Part shown: piece by piece, positions 55,956 to 64,000 of the stretch
Numbering within the stretch: the first letter of the stretch is position 1
Layout of the letters: every line of letters begins with the position of its first letter
Source of the DNA: Hyphochytrium catenoides
Lineage: Eukaryota > Protista > Hyphochytriomycota
Direction of reading: 5' to 3'
DNA length: 64,000 bases
NCBI GenBank assembly: GCA_900088475.1
Contig: FLMG01004242.1
Coordinates: 62,001-126,000 of the forward strand
Translations under genes and position numbers: made by a program
Notes under the pieces: model-generated
Told to the model about the DNA's origin: nothing
Database searches by the model: none
The model's input: only the letters and a program-made list of their open reading frames with translations

Positions 55956-57089
55956 CTAGCTCCCTTCTTGTTCCGTATCTTCGAGTCCACAAAAGAGTCT
56001 TTCCTCCCATAGCTTGCCCTTGGGTGTGGCGGTCACGACACGAGGGAGACTGCCGCCGTCACTGTTGATGGAGATTTTCACCTCTAAGTGAGGAAGATCT
56101 GTGGCTCCAAGTCGCTCGGGCCATTCAATGAGGTTTACTCCTATGTAAGAGCTGGTGTCAGTCAAATAACAAGAGTATAACTGTTTTTGATCTCTGCCAA
56201 TATCTGTCCACATGAGTAAGGCGCAAGCGGCTCGTCTCTGGGTATAAGGTTCTCTTTGGACTAGCCGAGTATCTTACCTGCAGCTTGTTCCTCTTCTGTC
56301 ATCAGCGTTTCCAGGAGGTTGGGACCCTCTTTCATCCGATACAGATCTATGTGGTTCACACTGACAACTTTATAAGACCTCGGATCCAAAGTCGAGGGAG
56401 GACAATGGCAGCAATGTCACGCATTTGGATATACAGAGGCGACAGAGAAACAGGCATGGGGAGGATAAACCACGGAGAGAGAAGAAAAGACGTATTGAAA
56501 GAGAGAGAGAGTGATAAACAAAGGGAGATAGGCTATAAAAGAGAGGAACAGCGCGCGGAGGAAAGAGGGAAGCCGATATGTCGCACGTTATATGAGGTTT
56601 GCTTTCATGTTCATAGAGGTTGTGAAGCAGGTATGTAGGGGAAGCGACGATGGCCCCGGAATCCTGCAAAATGGCTCGGACGATCCCTCTAGCTAGGCAT
56701 GTCTTTCCAGCACCTAGATTTCTAGGAAACAATGAGTCAGTTAAGCGGCTTACAGTCGCTAAAAGCTAAGTGGCAACTAACCCATAAAGGAAGACAAAGT
56801 CTCCAGCCCTGCACAAGGCTGCGATTTGACCTCCCACTTCGATAGTCTCTTCCTCAGACCTTGGATACCATGTCAGCTCTGCCAGCCAGAGGGCAAGAAG
56901 GTTAGAAGAGGCTGAAGAATGGAAAGCATATCAACGTGCTGTACCTCTATTACCAGGACTGGTGTTTCCGGTTATCAGTCGTGAGCAAGGTCTGGTTCCT
57001 CCTCTTGCCCGCTTCCTTCCTCCCACCAGTACCACTTTCCCTGCAAACGATGGTATTGATCTTAGGGCGGCTGACAGGTTGGACGCCAT
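55956..57089 (-). CDS. tsaE: tRNA threonylcarbamoyladenosine biosynthesis ATPase TsaE (YjeE), with putative organellar transit peptide; multi-exon
   Basis: Spliced reading: MASNLSAALRSIPSFAGKVVLVGGRKRARGG..SEEETIEVGGQIAALCRAGDFVFLYGNLGAGKTCLARGIVR..VASPTYLLHNLY..HIDLYR..GVNLIEWPERL. All family motifs are present (GxLGAGKT, SPTY, HxDLYR, IEW). Confidence 0.92.
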
Positions 57090-57740
57090 CGAATCCTTAA
57101 GCCGTTCGTCACCTCCTCATCCTGACAGATTTGAGCCCACGTTTCCTACTATACAAAGGCTAAATCATCATCAGAAGCGCGAAGCTCTGCAGTCAGTCCT
57201 CTCGACGCATTGGATTCTGAAGTTTAGAAAGAGGCTTCTGAAGCTTCACTCAGAAGCTTCAAAAAGTCAACATTCATCGACATCACCTTCTGCTGGACAA
57301 GTCTCCGAAAATAACGACAGAGCCTTTGACCATATGGCAGAATCTTGCAGTAACTCCCTATAAAACTAAGCACTGATTACCACGATTCCCGATTTTACCC
57401 GCGTTGTGTTGATGTCCCCGATTTGGCGGGAGGAGAAGAAGAGAATGCGATGACGAACGAAGACCGATGATGTCATGACCATGGCCAGACTTCTTTCCTG
57501 GATGAAGAGCACTGCTCAGCCTGCAAATGAACTGTTCTTCGTGAGGTCTAGGACGGGAGTCCTGCTAGCATGTCTGGCTGCTGCTCTCAGGTGACCTATT
57601 GCTGGACGTTAGAGCCCTGTGGTCAAACTACCGATGCTTGGTGTCGATAATACCCGTCAGCAATTTTTGTCCTGAACTCGCGCAGTTTTTGCCCCCTCCA
57701 GGTGAAGGTTAGGCGACTACATCTCATGGGATGACCTCCA

Positions 57741-60700
57741 ATGAGCATCAGGGACTTCTTTGGACCCCTGTCCCCCGCCTCACCTCCGCCAAGGAAGGGA
57801 AGACTCTCGCTTTCCCTCCCAAAGAAGCGCCGTCTGAACTCGCCATCCGATGATGAAGTCAATGATTGCCCAGCCCTGGACACACACCGCTCTCAGCAAG
57901 ATAATGGAGTTAAGATCGAAGCTGAGGATCAAGGACAAGGGCCATCTCACTTGATCACGGGCGGAGCTAGAGTCCAAGGTTTGGAGGAAGGGAAGCGGCA
58001 CTATGGTGCTGATTCCCTTTCCAAAGAGAGCCAGCATAGTGAGAATGCAGTCATCGTTCTAAGTGACGATGATGGGGAGGCACTTGCCAATAGCTCGCAG
58101 AGGGTCGAAGGCGAAGCTGATGATGCGCTTCCTCCGACGCAACCCAGTTCTCTGGACGGAACGAATGACGAGAAATGTGAGATACCGCAGCAGTCTTCAA
58201 GAAGGCTTGACACGAACATAGTAGACTCTTTTGCTGCTAGTACGTCAGCGTGCAGCTCAGATCAGGCGGTGGCTGAGACGTCAGGAGTATTCTCTGTGTG
58301 CTTTGTTTGCAACCAGACTTTGTCTGAAATGACTCTACTAGATCAGGAAAGGCATAGGAACGATTGTCTGGATCGTATGGAAGAAGTTTCCAATCAACCG
58401 CCAGAGAGATTCTGCTGTCCCATCTGCACCCTGGACTTAGGGTCAATGAGTGAGAGTCTGCGGACAATTCACGTGAACGAGTGTGTCGAGAGCTCTGAAG
58501 CTGCTCAAGAGAGGGACAGAGAGGCACTCATGAAGTCTGTCACCAGGACAAGTAGGGAACAGGGGCCCGCTTCCGCTGCCGTCCCTTGCAAACCAGCGAT
58601 CGTGAGAGCAAAGTCTGAGCCTCCAGTATTTGACTCTGACAGTTTGGCTCCGAGCTCTAGTGTACAATCTTCCATCACTGACAAGACCTACGCTTGCAAG
58701 ATATGTGGCCAAGCAGTTCACAGCTTGGACCTCGAGGTGCGCATTCAGCACGTGAAGCGCTGTGGGCAGAAGTTTGGTATAAGGCCTTCCGACCTTGAGG
58801 AAGGAGACCAGCCTGATGGGATGCTTAACATAGAGGAAGAGGACGATACCTTCGTAGAAGATTTTGATGGTAGGTGCGTCCCTGCGTTCGCCTACATCCG
58901 CTTTTGTAAGTATTGTACTCCTAGTTATCAATGAGGAAGGGCAAAATGGAGACGAGGATCGTGGAGCATTGGGCGAGGCTCAGTCTGAGCAAGCGGAACC
59001 GAAGAAGGGCCAGGCTCCTTTCAGTCTTAGCACCATGGGTGCGAGCCTTTACCGTTGGTTCGTGCCAAAGAACGCAAGCGGTGATCCACAGGGCTTGCGC
59101 AAGGAGGAAAAGAGCCAAATTAACTTTGGAGAGCAAGGGAGCGATAAAAGTACACATTCTACTGAAGGTTCTCGACCTGCCAGCCTGCAGAGAGCAGCCA
59201 GCGCTCCACCTACCTCTGACGATAAGCCAGCTGTGTGTCCACTTTTCAAGAGAATACAAGGAACCTCTCCTCCTGCGATTGTAGACGGCTTTCGATATGC
59301 CAACAAGCGACTGAGCCCCCATTATTTCCTGTCCCACTTTCATTCAGATCACTACACTGGGATCAGCAAGGCAAGGAGGCCCTAAGAACAAACACGACCT
59401 CTACATCTACCTCCATGTCTTACCTCTCGGCTGGCTGAAACTCCTCCTTCCACCTAAACTTTTGCATCGTTGCTCCTGAGCTGCACCTTCCATGTTAAGT
59501 CGCTCTCTTCCGCCTTTCTTTTAGATCATCGACTCCTGGACTGCATCCATGACTTAAGCACTAATGTCTGAAATATACCTAGGCCTTCAACCATGGTACC
59601 ATTTACTGTTCAGAGATCACAGCTCGGCTAGTTCACTGCCTTCTCAAAGTGGACGCAAAGTATCTTCATCCACTGACTATGGGGACCCCACACAAAATAG
59701 GAAACTACACAGTCACTCTTCTCACCGCAAACCACTGCCCTGGGGCAGTTATCTTCCTCTTCAAGCTAAAAACGGGGAAGAAGATCCTCCACACAGGTTA
59801 GTCTTCATTAATGATTTAACAAGCAAACAGTCCGTGACGTGGAGAAGGAACGAGAGCAAGGAACTTTCACTTGGTAACGCTTTGCTTTCTTAGGAGACTT
59901 CCGGTTCCAGACCGAAATGCTCTTACATCCTGCGCTCCGGCCATTGGTTCCGGCAGAGCTGGATGGTAGACTAGGCGCTCCCATAGATCTTCCTAGACAA
60001 GTGCTCGATGTCATCTACTTGGACACCACCTATTGTAACCCCCGATATACCTTCCCTGTTCAGGTACGAGATGGTGTAGAGATGTAGTCATGGCGGATGG
60101 TTGCGGCTTACAGTTCTGTGCTTACCTTCATCTTTTTATGAATCTTGTTAGCAAACCGCCATAGACGAAGCCCTACGCCTGGTGAAGCTTCATGAGGATT
60201 CTGGAGAGAAGACTCTATACCTCTTTGGAACATATACCATAGGGAAGGAGAAGATGTTTATGGCGGTAGGGGCCCTGACATTTGGGGGCTATTTTGAGAT
60301 CTGCCACTTGGCAGGGCGGGAACTTCTGATGAGAGTTCCTTGAACAGGTTGCAGAGCATCTTGGGTGCAAGGTGATGGTCACTCCGGAGAAGCATCGCAT
60401 CTTGAGCTTCTACGGATGGCCCGCAGACAAGATGGTAACGCCCTTCCCGGTCTTTTCGATCACTGATAATGATATGGTGTTAATGCGTCTTGTATGCTTC
60501 ATAGGGCCGATTCACTCTTAATGGCGACGAAACCAAGTAAGTGTCACTTGATGCTTTTAGACGTCCGATGAACTTCAAGCTGACGCAAGCCGTTCGCTGG
60601 CATCAGCGTCCATGTCATATCGATGTTTGGCCTTTCATTTAATAGGCTGGAGGAAATCTGGACTCGGTATGAAGCGAAGTATGACTGTGTGGTTGCCTTT

Positions 60701-61214
60701 CAGGTACGACGTACTATCAGCTGCTTAGGTGCAACTTTCTCTTGATGAGCGTTTGGTGTCCAGTGTCTTTGTTGTCGCCCTCAATGTGTGCTCATCATCT
60801 GTGTCGCCTTTATGCTCGTTACTGTTGTTTTGTAATAGCCGACGGGCTGGACGTTCAGCCGTGTGAAGAAGAATGGAGAGTTGGCTTCGAAACGTGTACA
60901 TTTGCAGGGAAAGGTGATCATATACGGCATCCCTTACAGCGAACACAGCAGTTACAATGAGCTACTCGACTGCATAGAGTTGCTTTGCCCGAAGAAAATC
61001 GTTCCCACGGTAGAGCTTATAGCAATGCTCCTGACTAAAAAGCAACTCAGAAGTCATCTTTCTCTACTTTCCTCTTTAGGTGGGATGCCGCTCGGAGAAA
61101 TCAGTTCAGAACCAGCTGCAAACTTTATCCAAGGGCTTAAGGACTCGGAATGAGAAGCCTTCTGCACCCCAAGATATGCGGTCTTTCTTCTCCACAGTCC
61201 CCTCTTCCAAGTAA
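57741..61214 (+). CDS. DNA cross-link repair nuclease SNM1A/PSO2 (DCLRE1A-like; MBL/beta-CASP) with three UBZ-like zinc fingers; multi-exon
   Basis: Motifs IVDGFRY..FLSHFHSDHYTGI, IYCSEITARL, ANHCPGA, LHTGDFR, YLDTTYCNPRYTFP, FGTYTIGKEK, AFQPTGWT and IYGIPYSEHSSYNEL..PKKIVPTV. N-terminal CxxC..H..C fingers at ~58300, ~58415 and ~58695. Confidence 0.93.
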
Positions 61215-61947
61215 AACAAGAACTTTGGATGTCTTGCCCTTTGTGACGACCAATAATCCATAATGGTGCTTTAGTTGCTCACGAACCTTTGAATTGAGCA
61301 ACAACAAACAAGTGTATCTCTCTAATGAACGGTCAATAATAAGGCGGATGATTTATTAAACATGATGCCGACAACGTCCAGCACCGCATGGAGGTAGATC
61401 CAGGGCCCCGCTGTGGGGCTACAGCTTCACCTTCTTCTCCCGTTGGTAGTCAGGGCTAACAACAAGGAGCGCATAACCTTTTACTGGCGAAAGTAAGGTT
61501 CAACGCAACCGTCAGAAGGATAAGATAACAATAATGCGGTAGGAGGAGTCATAGTAGTATCTGTCCGCTCTTCCCTCTCCAACCTTTAGCGGCTCCTCCT
61601 TCTCCATGTCCTCTCCACTACTGCTGCTGCTGGTGATGGCCTCGTCTTCAGCGTGCCGAAGAAGAAGAGAGTCCACAAGCAGCCGGTACTCGTAGCAGTG
61701 CAGCAGCTGCTGCTGCTGGTTGATTGATGGTCTAATCCTCAGGTGCCTGAAGACGAAGAAGGTCAACACCAACCACCAGCAGCAGTAGTCACCTACGCCT
61801 GCGCCTGGGGTACTTACTACGCAGCAGAAGAAGAGGGAGGAAGCAGAGCTATAGCTATCGGTGGTGGTGGTCGTCAGTGGCCTGGGGGCAGCAGCCAGTC
61901 AGGGGTCCACTGTGCTAAGAAGTAACCCCATCGTTAGTCAGATGATA

Positions 61948-62203
61948 ACACTAGCCATAGTTGACATTAGCGACACTGGCCATAAGTTAACATTAGCGAC
62001 ACTAGCCATAGTTACCATTAGCGACACTGGCCATAGTTAACATTAGCAACACTGGCCACAGTTAACATTGGCAACACGGGCCACAGTTAACATTAGCAAT
62101 ACTAGCCATGGTTAACATTAGCGACACCAGCCATAGTTAACATTAGCAACACTGGCCATAGTTAACATTAGCGACATTAGCCATGGTTAACATTAGCGAC
62201 ACT
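61948..62203. repeat. 25-bp minisatellite, ~10 copies (consensus ACACTRGCCATAGTTAACATTAGCR)
   Basis: Head-to-tail units with few substitutions and no spacers. Confidence 0.95.
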
Positions 62204-62843
62204 TGTCCTGGTGACATTCTGAAGCGGCATGAAAGGTTCAAAGAAAGATTACAAGATTCCGTAATTCTTCACAAAGCGTAGCTCTACAATGCTGCTTGAA
62301 ACGTTTCAAGTATAACGTTCTCCCCGTGATTGTTCTCCCCTCCTAAACGTGCCCTTTCGCACAGCTTGAAACGGCGCAGATCTTCTTCTCCACAAGATCC
62401 CCCCGCCCGCCAGCTTAGCGGCCGCAACCACCATAGTGCTTTTTTGGCCTTGAGTTTCTTATACACAGTCCTAATGCATGGCATGCCAACCACCTTTATC
62501 GCTTCGTACGTAGCTCTATCTGCCGTGGTGGTGCTCGCCCTCATAACAACTCTATGATGCTAGCGAACGAGCCCTCTTCACCTCCTCTCGTAATGCGTGC
62601 ATCCATGGCATGCCAACCACGCACCAAGGCTTGATATCTTGTGCTCGTGGTGTCCGCCACAACAACAACTCTACGACGCTAGCGCCCTCTTCATCTTCTT
62701 CAACCGACAACTATTTTTAGCTCTGTTGTCTCATCAAGAGAAGGTTGTTGCTTTTTCTTGTTGTTGTTGGGTCGTTAGTTGTTCGCCTAAAAATACGAAA
62801 CACAGCAGGAGGAGAGGGCCTGCTTGCAGCGGTATCGAACATC

Positions 62844-64000
62844 ATGGCAAGCAGTACTACTGAGGTAGAGACTCAAGTTGACACGAGCAAGGGAGGCACG
62901 TACGAAAGGAAGCAGCAAACTACCATTGCCTATCGTCTAGACATTGACGGCTTGCGTGCCGTCGCGGTGGTGGCCGTTGTGGCTTTTCACGCATGGCCCA
63001 AACTGTTTCCAGGTGGTTTTATAGGCGTTGACATCTTCTTTGTCATCTCCGGCTATCTAGTCTCAGGCATCATTTACAGGGAGCACCAAAAAGGCGCATT
63101 CTCCTATGCCAACTTCTATAGCAGGAGGATACGGAGAATCTATCCGGCATTGCTGTTGGTGCTACTCTGCTCGGTGGTGCTAGGGTGCTTCTCCCTCTGG
63201 CAGAACGAACTTCAGGCCATGATGAGGACGCTGATCGCTGGGACGCTGTTCTCCGCCAACCTTCAAGTTCTGTCTTTAAAAGGCGGCTACTTCGATCCTG
63301 AAGTGACTGCCAACCCTCTCCTGCATCTTTGGTCGTTGGGTGTGGAAGAGCAGTACTATATTGTATGGCCATTCCTGGCAGCTATCGTTGCTCGTTCCTC
63401 CCCCGGGAGGGCATTCACTCTGCTTTTCTCCTACACAGTTGCCTCTTTCAGCTTCAATGTTGCCACAGTTGGGCCTAACCCAAAGCTATCCTTCTACTCC
63501 CCTTTGAGCCGCTTCTGGCAGATGATTGTCGGCAGCATACTGGCCTATCACGATCTTTGCCGGACGCAGCGGATCTCTTCCGGCGTTGAAGAAAGAGTTT
63601 CAGCCACTCGAAGCTTTTGCAGCACTTCTACGTCTGTCTCTCTTCTTGGGTTTGCAATGGTCATTCCTAGCTTCATCGTCCTAGATGAGGAAACCGCATT
63701 TCCCGGCTACTGGGCATTGCTACCCACCGTTGGTGCCCTGCTTATCATTGCAGCTGGGCAGGATGCAACTCCCAACCACTTCTTCCTCGCTCATCCCTTG
63801 ATGGTCTTTGTGGGTGCTATTAGCTACCCTTTATACCTATGGCACTGGCCTCTTCTTGTCTTCTCGAGAATGCTGTATCGAGACGAGAATAGTACTGCGT
63901 TCGTGGCTCAGCCCAGCACGATGGTGGCGCTTTCGGTGGGCTTGAGCATCGCCACGTACTATCTTCTTGAGCAAAAGGTTCGGCATGGGAAATCTAAGCT
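62844..64000 (+). CDS. Intronless acyltransferase-3 family membrane O-acyltransferase (OafA/YrhL-like); 3' end beyond the window
   Basis: Translated by hand and open from ATG 62844 to the window end: YRLDIDGLRAVAVVAVVAFHAW..PGGFIGVDIFFVISGYL..FYSRRIRRIYPAL..GYFD..NPLLHLWSLGVEEQYYIVWP..FYSPLSRFWQ..FPGYWALLPT..VGAISYPLYLWHWPLLV. It is absent from the ORF track because there is no stop inside the window. Confidence 0.95.
   Translation, partial: MASSTTEVETQVDTSKGGTYERKQQTTIAYRLDIDGLRAVAVVAVVAFHAWPKLFPGGFIGVDIFFVISGYLVSGIIYREHQKGAFSYANFYSRRIRRIYPALLLVLLCSVVLGCFSLWQNELQAMMRTLIAGTLFSANLQVLSLKGGYFDPEVTANPLLHLWSLGVEEQYYIVWPFLAAIVARSSPGRAFTLLFSYTVASFSFNVATVGPNPKLSFYSPLSRFWQMIVGSILAYHDLCRTQRISSGVEERVSATRSFCSTSTSVSLLGFAMVIPSFIVLDEETAFPGYWALLPTVGALLIIAAGQDATPNHFFLAHPLMVFVGAISYPLYLWHWPLLVFSRMLYRDENSTAFVAQPSTMVALSVGLSIATYYLLEQKVRHGKSK

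Noticed and set aside
61948-62203. CRISPR-like appearance of the 25-bp array
   Set aside because: Units are contiguous with no unique spacers, no cas genes are present, and the context is eukaryotic.
63070-63372. 100-aa minus-strand ORF
   Set aside because: It is antisense to the acyltransferase-3 gene.

Overview
This is intron-rich eukaryotic nuclear DNA from a flagellated protist, probably a stramenopile; that taxon call is my inference from protein resemblance, not a search. Most short ORFs in the track are exons or antisense shadows. Spliced genes, left to right: an outer-arm dynein alpha-type heavy chain (Kelch-IPT-filamin N-terminus, runs off the left edge), ARPC1, a CDKL5-like kinase, an enolase-like protein with an N-terminal docking-type domain and an almost wholly degenerate active site, COQ9, a large coiled-coil protein with about 24 IQ-like repeats, an organelle-type TsaE, and SNM1A/PSO2 with three UBZ-like fingers. 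Two intronless prokaryote-like carbohydrate enzymes stand out: a GH18 chitinase and an acyltransferase-3 (OafA/YrhL-like) that the ORF track missed because it runs off the right edge. The interval ~22.9-29.4 kb is a transposon graveyard. It holds two inverted Helitron2/Helentron-type Rep remnants, a CACTG-starting insertion, a deleted duplicate of the neighbouring ARPC1 5' half, and a possible NOF/MULE-like transposase remnant. No tRNA, rRNA or CRISPR was seen. Exon boundaries were read by eye, and multi-exon CDS coordinates are start-to-stop spans.
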